NCBI GenBank assembly: GCA_965228485.1 | Contig: OZ245819.1 | Span: forward strand, 480,001-512,000 | DNA length: 32,000 nucleotides | Direction of reading: 5' to 3' | From: Candidatus Saccharimonadota bacterium | GTDB lineage: Bacteria; Patescibacteriota; Gracilibacteria; UBA4473 | Part shown: piece after piece, positions 1-7,753 of the stretch | Position numbering within the stretch: position 1 is the first letter of the stretch | Layout of the letters: the number at the start of each line of letters is the position of its first letter | Notes under the pieces: model-generated | Databases searched by the model: none | What the model was told of the DNA's origin: nothing | Seen by the model: only the letters and a program-made list of their open reading frames with translations | Made by a program: the position numbers and the translations under genes

Positions 1-407
1 GCTCCATAAATAAATGTCCACCAATAGGACAATTTATCTTCAACCTTTGCTGGCAAGTTTGCCTTAGAAAAATCCGCTCGACTCTCAATAAAACGTTCAA
101 ATTCTGTAAAACAGATTTTCCCAGCTTCATCATTCACTACTGATAAGACCCCTAATATCGTAAGACTTGGAATTTCATGGTTAATCAAGAAAATTACTAG
201 ATCGAGATCATCTTTAGAAAGTTTTGGAACCAGCTTTGCTAAATCTCCATCAAAACTCTTAGCCTTAGTTTCGTCCTTCTTGATTTGTTGAATCCGAGCT
301 TGAGCCGCAGCAATCCGAGCCTGTATCTGCTCATCAGACTCCTTTGCCTCTTCGGATACATTCCCCATCATCAAGCCCTCCAAACTGTCTCCAACACTTT
401 CTGCCAT
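1..407 (-). CDS. hypothetical protein (partial; 3' end beyond window edge)
   Basis: Absent from the ORF track because it is open to the window edge. The minus-strand ATG lies at 407-405. My translation is MAESVGDSLEGLMMGNVSEEAKESDEQIQARIAAAQARIQQIKKDETKAKSFDGDLAKLVPKLSKDDLDLVIFLINHEIPSL... I checked every in-frame triplet down to nt 3 and found no stop. No family recognised. Confidence 0.6.
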   Translation of the reverse strand, partial: MAESVGDSLEGLMMGNVSEEAKESDEQIQARIAAAQARIQQIKKDETKAKSFDGDLAKLVPKLSKDDLDLVIFLINHEIPSLTILGVLSVVNDEAGKICFTEFERFIESRADFSKANLPAKVEDKLSYWWTFIYG

Positions 408-528
408 AAGGATAAATTATTCATTCACACTATAGACATAAAATATCAACGATCAACGGTTAGCACCAAGATTTGACGATTGGATGCTTTTTTTTAGGAT
501 AATAAGTAACTAATACACATATAAAATC

Positions 529-888
529 ATGCATACTAAAACTTTGACATTCAAGACCGAAGAAATGTTCGAAGTTCGAAATATCACTCCTCTAGTTGAA
601 GAGTTTCTTAAAGATGGTGGAGCCCTCGACGGCCTCGTTAATGTGTTTACCCAACATACTACGGTTGCTATAAAAATTAATGAAGATGGTTTTTCTGGTG
701 ACAGTATTAATTCTGAAGGTCAAAATCCTCAAGCCACTCAGATGCTTATTGGCTCAACATCAGAAACAATTCCAGTAGTTAATGGAAAAATGAGACTTGG
801 AAGTTTGCAAAGTATCTTAATGATTGAACTCAATACTCCACAGGAAAGACGTGTCGTTCTCAGCTTTGTTGGAAACAAAAAGTCTTAA
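529..888 (+). CDS. YjbQ/UPF0047-family protein (short, divergent)
   Basis: 119 aa. By eye it matches the YjbQ family pattern: KTLTF...ITPLVEEFL...DGLVNVFTQHTTVAIKINED at the N-terminus and LIGSTSETIPVVNGKMRLGSLQSI at the C-terminus. It is about 20 aa shorter than typical members (see finding). Confidence 0.65.
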   Translation: MHTKTLTFKTEEMFEVRNITPLVEEFLKDGGALDGLVNVFTQHTTVAIKINEDGFSGDSINSEGQNPQATQMLIGSTSETIPVVNGKMRLGSLQSILMIELNTPQERRVVLSFVGNKKS

Positions 889-900
889 ACAGACCTACAC

Positions 901-2079
901 TTAGTCCCAGAAGATTAATGAAGTCATCAACTTTTTCCAAAGATTTGGTGGCTGTTCATCAATATCTAAGAGAGCCTGAAGATCTTCATCAATATCTCCT
1001 GGATATTCCATATCTTCCACTGCGGGCATCGTTTCAGGAACCTCAAATCCCTCAAAGCTCATCCCCGGAACAATTTCCATAAGATTTTGGAGCTCTTCCT
1101 GAGTCATCGGTGGAATTTTCACGCTTCCAAACTCAGGCAGATTTTCCTCTGGAAATACTGGTGGCGGAGTCATCCCCTCTTCCAAAACATCCACAGCCCC
1201 TGGCTTTCCTCCCGTTTCAAACCAGGCTCCATGTTCCATCAAATCAGAAACTTCATCAAAATAAAGTAAACAAACAGACTCAGCTAAAGCCTCATCACAA
1301 TGGCTTTCCGTACATTCTGAATCATCAGTAAATTGATCATAGACACAAGCATTACACCCATCAAAAGTAACCTTACATTGATTCATCATTACTGGTGGCA
1401 TATCAACTGGAGGCAGAAAGTCGTCATCAAAGTATTCTTCACACCGTGGTTCTGACGTCTCCATACAAGCCATTTCTGTACAGACCATCATTCCTCCTGG
1501 CTCGCTCCGTCCACAACGATTACATCCATCGAACCAACGAGCACAATTCGCTGGCGGCTCACTAGCATCCACCACTTCAAAGCTCATGTCAATAATATCG
1601 TCAAAAGCTGTGTCCAAAAGAGATTCTGCAAGTATTGACTCAGCCGCTACTGCTGCATCTGTCATACCTTCATACTTTTTATTTCCCGCTAAATGAGTGG
1701 TGCTATAGTTTCCTTCTGTATCCTCACTTGCAAATATCATCCAGACACTATCTGGTTCAAAAGTTTTTGCTGAATCATATCCACAAGCGGCCGAAGAAGC
1801 TCGCGTTCTAACTCTTACTTTTTGAGGCTCTTCTCCCTTGAGTGGCAAAAGCACCAAAAAATCTACGCCAATAATTCCTGTATCACTTTTAAATCTCCCC
1901 GCTTGAATCACTTCTCCCACAAATACCATGTCCGCATTATCCAAATGATCTTGTTCGGTAACTGGACCCTGCGGCGGAGAACAAGCTTCTACAAAACCTG
2001 AGTAGGTTAAAGTCGCAAATATCGCTGCCAGTAAAAAAAGATGTCTCATCGAAGGGATAGTGATAAATTCATTCCTCAT
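901..2079 (-). CDS. secreted Cys-rich, highly acidic protein of unknown function
   Basis: 392 aa in the track. The likely true start is the internal ATG at 2049, giving the signal peptide MRHLFLLAAIFATLTYSGFVEA followed directly by Cys. It has two tandem six-Cys modules and an Asp/Glu/Pro-rich C-terminal half. The N-terminal domain (Cys after the cleavage site, ADMVFVGEV, later AACG) loosely recalls TIMP/NTR-like bacterial domains; that part is low confidence. Confidence 0.75.
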   Translation of the reverse strand: MRNEFITIPSMRHLFLLAAIFATLTYSGFVEACSPPQGPVTEQDHLDNADMVFVGEVIQAGRFKSDTGIIGVDFLVLLPLKGEEPQKVRVRTRASSAACGYDSAKTFEPDSVWMIFASEDTEGNYSTTHLAGNKKYEGMTDAAVAAESILAESLLDTAFDDIIDMSFEVVDASEPPANCARWFDGCNRCGRSEPGGMMVCTEMACMETSEPRCEEYFDDDFLPPVDMPPVMMNQCKVTFDGCNACVYDQFTDDSECTESHCDEALAESVCLLYFDEVSDLMEHGAWFETGGKPGAVDVLEEGMTPPPVFPEENLPEFGSVKIPPMTQEELQNLMEIVPGMSFEGFEVPETMPAVEDMEYPGDIDEDLQALLDIDEQPPNLWKKLMTSLIFWD

Positions 2080-2124
2080 TCTAAGCGTTTTCCCTTTGGT
2101 GTAAAATGCTTTTGAGGATTAACC

Positions 2125-2152
2125 TTGAATTAAATAGGTCTTTTATTATATT
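2125..2152 (+). promoter_or_regulatory. sigma70-like promoter of the mevalonate operon
   Basis: TTGAAT (2125-2130), 16 nt spacer, TATATT (2147-2152), 25 nt upstream of ATG 2177. The opposite strand carries TATAAT (2150-2145) for the divergent gene 901..2079. Confidence 0.45.
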
Positions 2153-2176
2153 CCAGAGCGAATTTGTTGAATATGC

Positions 2177-3175
2177 ATGTTGAAGAGCTCGGTTGGTATC
2201 AAAGCGTTTGATGCCTATTTACCGCCTATCGAGATTAATCAATCAGAAATTGTTGCTCTTGCCCAGGGGAGCCGAGATACCGCTTTGTCTCTTGGAATCG
2301 AACATAAACGCCTACCTCAGCCAAGCGATGACACTCTCACTTTGGGAGTGGAAACCGTCTCCAACCTTCAAAAACGATATCCTGCTTCTCAAATTGGAGC
2401 ACTTTATCTCGGAAGTGAGACGCCTGTTTATGCGGTTGGAAATACTGCCGCTGCTATTGCTCATTTTTGCAACATTGAAGGCAATGATCTCAAAACAGCC
2501 GATATGGAATTTGCTTGCCGAGCAGGAACTCTTGCTATGATTGCCGCCATTGGGCATGTACGAAGTTTTGATTCTGACGCTATCGCTGTCAGCGCGGACA
2601 TTGCCAAAGGCGCTCCTGGAGATGTTTTAGCCATGACTACGGGCGCTGGATCTTCCAGTTTTTGTATTACTGAAGACTTAGAAAATAGTATTGCTCACAT
2701 AACCAATGTTTATAGCTTTACTCATCGAAGGTCTGACTTCTGGCGTTCTCAAAACGAAGAATTTCCTCGCCATGCAGGACGCTACAGCAACGCTATGTAT
2801 GAAGAAACGATTACAAAAGCGATTGAAAATTTTTTCCAACAGAACAAAAGGAAAATCTCAGATTTTGATCATATAATTCTTCATCAACCAAATGGAAAAC
2901 TTCCTCTAAGTCTTGCCGAAAAACTCGGCATTACTTCAGAACAAATATCACTTGGCTTTTGTTTCCCGAAAACGGGGAATCTCTATGCCGCCATGGTTCC
3001 TTTCTCTCTCGCACGAGTACTATCAAAAGCAAAACCTGGACAAAGAATCTTAGTTGCTAGCTACGGATCTGGAGCTGGAAGTGATGTTCTTGAGATTCAA
3101 ACCACCGAAAAAATCACGGCTTATCAAAGCAAAAATCCATTCAATATATCAACTATTAATAACTCTGAAGCATAA
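2177..3175 (+). CDS. hydroxymethylglutaryl-CoA synthase (archaeal-type)
   Basis: 332 aa condensing enzyme with MEFACRAGT (active-site Cys), ILHQPNGK (His) and GNLYAA (Asn). It is the first gene of an overlapped operon and sits next to thiolase and a DUF35-like gene, as in archaea. Confidence 0.9.
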   Translation: MLKSSVGIKAFDAYLPPIEINQSEIVALAQGSRDTALSLGIEHKRLPQPSDDTLTLGVETVSNLQKRYPASQIGALYLGSETPVYAVGNTAAAIAHFCNIEGNDLKTADMEFACRAGTLAMIAAIGHVRSFDSDAIAVSADIAKGAPGDVLAMTTGAGSSSFCITEDLENSIAHITNVYSFTHRRSDFWRSQNEEFPRHAGRYSNAMYEETITKAIENFFQQNKRKISDFDHIILHQPNGKLPLSLAEKLGITSEQISLGFCFPKTGNLYAAMVPFSLARVLSKAKPGQRILVASYGSGAGSDVLEIQTTEKITAYQSKNPFNISTINNSEA

Positions 3176-4287
3176 TGGTTTACGTAGCTGGATCAGGAAC
3201 GACTGCTTTTGGAGAGTTTTTTGATCGCTCTTTACTCAGCCTTATGCAAGAAGCTGTCGATACGGCTTTAGCAGATGCCAACTCATCGCTGGATGAAATT
3301 GAAGCTATTTACATCGGAAATATGCTTAGTGGAGCCTTGCAAAATCTTCAACATCTGGGTTCTCAACTCGCTGGAAAATTAAAAGTAAATATTCCTATTT
3401 ATTTATATGAGGCCGCCTGTGCATCTGGAGGCATGGCTATGCATCATGCCTGGAAAGACGTTGATAGTGGCCTCTTTAAAAAAGTTTTGGTCGTAGGCGC
3501 CGAAAAGATGACTGAACTTCCTCCAGATATTGTTAATCAACATCTCATACGAGCTACTTCTCCTGAGGAACAAATAACTGGAATTTCCTTCTGTGGTTTG
3601 TATGCCATTATGGCCCAAAAATATCTACACAAGTACAATAAAATTATTGAAGATCTTTCCTTTGGTCCTGCACTGATGCATCGCCAATCAGAAAAAAATC
3701 CTCATGCTCATTTTTATGGAAAGACCTTTAGCTTAAAACAAATAAATCAGGCACGAATGATTGCGGCCCCACTCAATCTGCTCCACTGTTCACCACTAAG
3801 TGATGGAGCCTCTGCAGTTATTTTACAAAAAGAACCGACTCAAGTCTCAATTCCAAAATCTTCAATGGCAACCGACAGCCCCGATCTTGCTCAAAGATCA
3901 GAAATTACTTCTATTCCAGCCACAAAAATAGCCCTAGAGAGACTTAATCTTCCACAAAACTGGCAAGAAGATTGCCGGGTAATAGAAGTTCATGATTGCT
4001 TTAGCATTGCACTTATTATGGCCCTGGAGGATCTTGGGATTTGCAACGCAGGAACCGCTCCCGAATTTTTAGAAAATATATGGAATAATCCTGATTCTAA
4101 TACACTAGAAATAAATCCATCTGGTGGATTAAAAGGCGGTGGACATCCTGTTGGAGCTACTGGAGTTAAACAAATCCATTCATGCTATCAAAGATTAAAA
4201 AATAAGGATGCGGGCAGTACAGGATTAGCACATAATATTGGTGGAACAGGCGGAACTGCTATACTTCACTACCTAGAAACATGTTAA
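3175..4287 (+). CDS. acetyl-CoA C-acetyltransferase (archaeal/SCP-x-type thiolase)
   Basis: 370 aa with YEAACASGG (nucleophilic Cys), EVHDCFS (His) and GGLKGGGHPVGATG. It shares a TAATG stop/start overlap with the upstream gene. Confidence 0.9.
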   Translation: MVYVAGSGTTAFGEFFDRSLLSLMQEAVDTALADANSSLDEIEAIYIGNMLSGALQNLQHLGSQLAGKLKVNIPIYLYEAACASGGMAMHHAWKDVDSGLFKKVLVVGAEKMTELPPDIVNQHLIRATSPEEQITGISFCGLYAIMAQKYLHKYNKIIEDLSFGPALMHRQSEKNPHAHFYGKTFSLKQINQARMIAAPLNLLHCSPLSDGASAVILQKEPTQVSIPKSSMATDSPDLAQRSEITSIPATKIALERLNLPQNWQEDCRVIEVHDCFSIALIMALEDLGICNAGTAPEFLENIWNNPDSNTLEINPSGGLKGGGHPVGATGVKQIHSCYQRLKNKDAGSTGLAHNIGGTGGTAILHYLETC

Positions 4288-4559
4288 ATACTTTTTCTCC
4301 AGCAGACGAAGCCAGACACCATGAGCAGATTAAAGCCTATCTAGGACAAAGTGGAACGGTGGAAAGCTTAACCAGCAATGAAAACGAAATTTTTGTCTTG
4401 GTAAAATTAAAATCTCAAACTTTACTTGCGTCCTTATACGGAGGAAAACAACTAAATATCTCTATTGGAGACCCCGTTCGATTAGGCATAGGTCGTCAGT
4501 TTGAAACTAATGATCAACGAATTATCTATCATCTAGTGGCTTATCCAAATCATGAATAG
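4281..4559 (+). CDS. DUF35-like OB-fold protein (putative thiolase/HMGCS scaffold), lacking the zinc ribbon
   Basis: 92 aa. It overlaps thiolase by 7 nt (ATGTTAA) and idi by 8 nt. The pattern GTVESLT..FVLVKL..LLASLYGG..IGDPVRLGIG resembles the C-terminal OB half of DUF35 proteins. The protein contains no cysteine. Confidence 0.6.
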   Translation: MLNTFSPADEARHHEQIKAYLGQSGTVESLTSNENEIFVLVKLKSQTLLASLYGGKQLNISIGDPVRLGIGRQFETNDQRIIYHLVAYPNHE

Positions 4560-5157
4560 TCAGTCTCAATGTAGCGGCTGCCCCCCTCAAACCACTAGTG
4601 AAAAAGTGGTACTCGTTGATAATGATGACAAACCTATCGGAACCAAGCTTAAAAGCGAAGTTCACCAATCTGAAACCCCGCTCCACCAAGCCTTTTCTTG
4701 TTTTATTTTTAGATCCAACGGAGATCTCGTACTGCAACAACGAGCCGCCTCTAAAATCACCTGGCCAAATATCTGGTCAAATACCTGTTGCGGACACCCA
4801 CTTCCAGAAGAAAGTCGAATAAAAGCTGTTAAACGTCGTTTAGAATATGAACTGGGAATGAACGTAGATTTTGAATGCTTCAATATTCTCCCAGAGTATC
4901 GTTACTGTGCAACTCACCTAGGGGTTATGGAAAATGAAATCTGCCCAGTTTTTGTTGGTTTCTCAGATAATAAATTCCAACTCAATCCAGAAGAGGTACA
5001 GGCCGTAAAGACTATCAATTGGAAGGCTTTTGTGGCTTCCCTAAAAAATCCTGAAGACGCTACTTGGGATCACCTATCGGTCTGGTGTCGTGAAGAAGCC
5101 ATTCTTTTAGATGAATCTGAAGCCTTTCAAATATTGTATAAAAAATTTATTCAATAA
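4552..5157 (+). CDS. idi: isopentenyl-diphosphate delta-isomerase, type 1 (Nudix)
   Basis: 201 aa with LHQAFSCFIF, LQQRAASKITWPNIWSNTCCGHP (catalytic Cys) and ENEICPVF (Glu). Confidence 0.9.
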   Translation: MNSQSQCSGCPPQTTSEKVVLVDNDDKPIGTKLKSEVHQSETPLHQAFSCFIFRSNGDLVLQQRAASKITWPNIWSNTCCGHPLPEESRIKAVKRRLEYELGMNVDFECFNILPEYRYCATHLGVMENEICPVFVGFSDNKFQLNPEEVQAVKTINWKAFVASLKNPEDATWDHLSVWCREEAILLDESEAFQILYKKFIQ

Positions 5158-6143
5158 TGAAAGCGACAGTTACTGCTCCCGCTAACATTGCGCTTATTAA
5201 ACACTGGGGAACTAAGTATGACGAAGTGCTAGAAATGGCCGTTCCTCTTACTTCAAGTTTATCATTCAATCTCAATAGCTGCCTCACTACCACAACGGCT
5301 ACTTGGACTGATAAAACGACGGAAGTTCATCTGATGGTTAAAGATCAACATTCTGAGAAAATGGTGGAAATTAGACGCCGCGATGGGGTCGAGCGAATCG
5401 TTGATTTTATCCGATCTAAAACTGGAATTAATTGGGGCGTACATATTGAAAGTGAAAATACTTTCCCAGCCAATGCAGGGATAGCTTCTTCCGCCTCAGG
5501 CTTCTCGGCTTTATCTGGCGCGCTTTATCACGCCCTGCCTCTCGAGCTCCAATCCAAACTACCAAGTCTCGCGAATCTGTGTGCTCGATCAGGCAGTTTC
5601 TCAGCTCCAAGATCACTTGAATCTGGATTTACACGATTAGATTTTGATGGCAAAAATATTGAAATAAATTCTCTAGAAATACATCCCAAATTAAAACTCG
5701 TAGACATCGTCGTTTTAGTTGATACCAGTACCAAACATGAACCTTCTGGAGTGGGACAATCCAAGGCTCATACAAGCCCATTACAAGCTGGACGCTTAGC
5801 CGAAACACAAAATCAGATAGAAATAATGAGCCAAGCTCTGATGACTGGTGATTTAAAAACGATCCTCCATCTAACCGAGCTAAACTCTCTCATGCTCCAC
5901 AGTGTAATGCTCACTCAAACCCCATCTCATCAATATTTTACCCACAAAACCTGGGAATTAATTGAGAGTCTAAACGCACAAGGAGTTTCTGACTGGGCCT
6001 GGACTTTAGATGCTGGAGCCAATCCACATATTATTACTACCGAAGTCCAAACAAAGTTGATCGAAGATTGGCTCAATAAACAAAATTATTCATACTTAGT
6101 TAACCGTCCAGGGGATGGACTTCGTGTCATTGAAAAGGAATAA
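5157..6143 (+). CDS. mevalonate (di)phosphate decarboxylase family protein; substrate (MVAPP vs MVAP) unresolved
   Basis: 328 aa GHMP-fold protein with APANIALIKHWG and NTFPANAGIASSASGFSAL (phosphate loop). TLDAGANPHI retains the catalytic Asp. TAATG overlaps on both sides. Confidence 0.9.
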   Translation: MKATVTAPANIALIKHWGTKYDEVLEMAVPLTSSLSFNLNSCLTTTTATWTDKTTEVHLMVKDQHSEKMVEIRRRDGVERIVDFIRSKTGINWGVHIESENTFPANAGIASSASGFSALSGALYHALPLELQSKLPSLANLCARSGSFSAPRSLESGFTRLDFDGKNIEINSLEIHPKLKLVDIVVLVDTSTKHEPSGVGQSKAHTSPLQAGRLAETQNQIEIMSQALMTGDLKTILHLTELNSLMLHSVMLTQTPSHQYFTHKTWELIESLNAQGVSDWAWTLDAGANPHIITTEVQTKLIEDWLNKQNYSYLVNRPGDGLRVIEKE

Positions 6144-6865
6144 TGAAACATACTATTATTAAGCTTGGAGGCAGTGTTATCACTGATAAAGGAAAACTCA
6201 AAACGCTAAAAACATCTATACTTCAGGACTTAATTGAAGTTATAAATCAATATCCCTCAGAAAAAGAGGAAAAGATTTGGCTTTTCCACGGTGCGGGATC
6301 GTTTGGCCATATTTCAGCACAAAAATGGAACAAAACTAAAAATGATGAATACTTCTATAAAGCGGCTGCTGAAGTTTCAGCATTAAACACCACTATTCAA
6401 ACGCTTCTTAAAATAGATTTTGAAGCTATCTCTGGACGTCATTTCTGGGATAAGCCTCATCAACAATGGCAAGCTTCGTCGGAAAAAAGTAATGTATTTT
6501 TAGGACATGGTGACGCGGTTGAAATTAAAGATAAAAAAGAAATTGTTAGTGCCGATACACAAATCACCTCTTTGGCTGAATACTTTACAAGTGAACCAAA
6601 ACGAATTTTATTTTTGGGAGATACTGACGGAGTCTTAGATACTAATAAAAAGACCATTTCTGAACTATCGACTGACACCCTCCCTGTCTTTTTTGATAAC
6701 CAAAAAGCCGACGTCACTGGCAGCATGGCAAAAAAATTGGAACAAGCTTTTTCGGTTCTCAATAATCAGACAAATATCACGCTCTCCTCGGGAAAAAATC
6801 CTCAGAATCTCAGAAGATGGCTCAGAGGTGAAACTATTTTGGGAACTCAACTTATACAGACTTAA
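6143..6865 (+). CDS. ipk: isopentenyl phosphate kinase
   Basis: 240 aa amino-acid-kinase fold with IIKLGGSVITDK and HGAGSFGH, as in archaeal IPKs. Confidence 0.85.
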   Translation: MKHTIIKLGGSVITDKGKLKTLKTSILQDLIEVINQYPSEKEEKIWLFHGAGSFGHISAQKWNKTKNDEYFYKAAAEVSALNTTIQTLLKIDFEAISGRHFWDKPHQQWQASSEKSNVFLGHGDAVEIKDKKEIVSADTQITSLAEYFTSEPKRILFLGDTDGVLDTNKKTISELSTDTLPVFFDNQKADVTGSMAKKLEQAFSVLNNQTNITLSSGKNPQNLRRWLRGETILGTQLIQT

Positions 6866-7703
6866 AATTTGCTAAAAAATTTTTAAGCACCTCTGGATTT
6901 TTGTGCCACGCTACCGCTGCCCCACTTCCCTGATCAAAGCCCCCTGCCCCACAAATTTTAACCGCTCCCCCCTGAGTACGAAAATTTTCAAATTTACTGA
7001 CTATTTCAGGATTTACCGCTCCAGAATCTTCAAGCCAACGACCAAATTTATTGATGAGATTCATAAATTCTTCTATATCCATCTCTTTTAACTTTTGAAC
7101 AATATTTTTATTCAAAAATAAAATTTCATTCTTAGAATTTTTTACTCTTTCAATCATTTCCAAAGTTGTCTCTTTGGGTTTTCCAGTATAAAAAACACTC
7201 AAAGCTTCAAGACAAGATTGATTAGGCTCTAGAGGCTCAACTACTCCATCTAGTAGCACCTGAGGCATTTCGTTCCAAATAGTCATGTGATCTATCCCAC
7301 TCGCTTTTCCATGATGTTTATCTTCAAGTAATTGAAGTTTTTTTAAACACTCAGATTCACTCCATCCTAAGACTGGTTGAAGCCAGCGAACCAGCGCTAC
7401 ACTCCAGCTAGCCGATATACCAAAGCCACCCCCTGGGGGAAGGTTGAACTGAACTTTTATTTCGAAATTTTGATTCGATAATTTGGATTCTCTGGCTAAA
7501 TATTTCCAATCTTCAACGAGTGTGCTGTGTACCATAGGAGAAACTTTGGGTGTAATTTTACATTCCATTTTTGAACTTGGAAATATCTCCAAAATACAAG
7601 CGTCAACTCCAAAAGGAATGGCTACCGCTCCACCGCCATATAAAACGGTATGTTCTCCAAATAAAATTATTTTACCGTGGGCCGTGGTTTTTCTATACTC
7701 CAT
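6852..7703 (-). CDS. mvk: mevalonate kinase (GHMP kinase)
   Basis: 283 aa with HGKIILFGEHTVLYGGGAVAIP (MVK-type N-terminus) and PPGGGFGISASWSVAL. Its 3' end overlaps ipk by 14 nt in convergent orientation. Confidence 0.85.
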   Translation of the reverse strand: MEYRKTTAHGKIILFGEHTVLYGGGAVAIPFGVDACILEIFPSSKMECKITPKVSPMVHSTLVEDWKYLARESKLSNQNFEIKVQFNLPPGGGFGISASWSVALVRWLQPVLGWSESECLKKLQLLEDKHHGKASGIDHMTIWNEMPQVLLDGVVEPLEPNQSCLEALSVFYTGKPKETTLEMIERVKNSKNEILFLNKNIVQKLKEMDIEEFMNLINKFGRWLEDSGAVNPEIVSKFENFRTQGGAVKICGAGGFDQGSGAAVAWHKNPEVLKNFLANFKSV

Positions 7704-7715
7704 AGGTATAAGTCT

Positions 7716-7740
7716 GGCTCAAAGCTACGACTTTTGAGCC
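7716..7740. promoter_or_regulatory. perfect 8-bp inverted repeat in the mvk/HMGR divergent spacer (candidate operator)
   Basis: ggctcaaa (7716-7723), 9 nt, tttgagcc (7733-7740). The whole intergenic spacer is only 50 nt (7704-7753). Confidence 0.3.
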
Positions 7741-7753
7741 TAAAAGCAAAACA

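Noticed and set aside
473-503. A promoter for the YjbQ-like gene: TTGACG (473-478), 19 nt, GATAAT (498-503).
   Set aside because: The spacer is two nucleotides longer than optimal, and the region is generally AT-rich. This is too weak to list as a feature.
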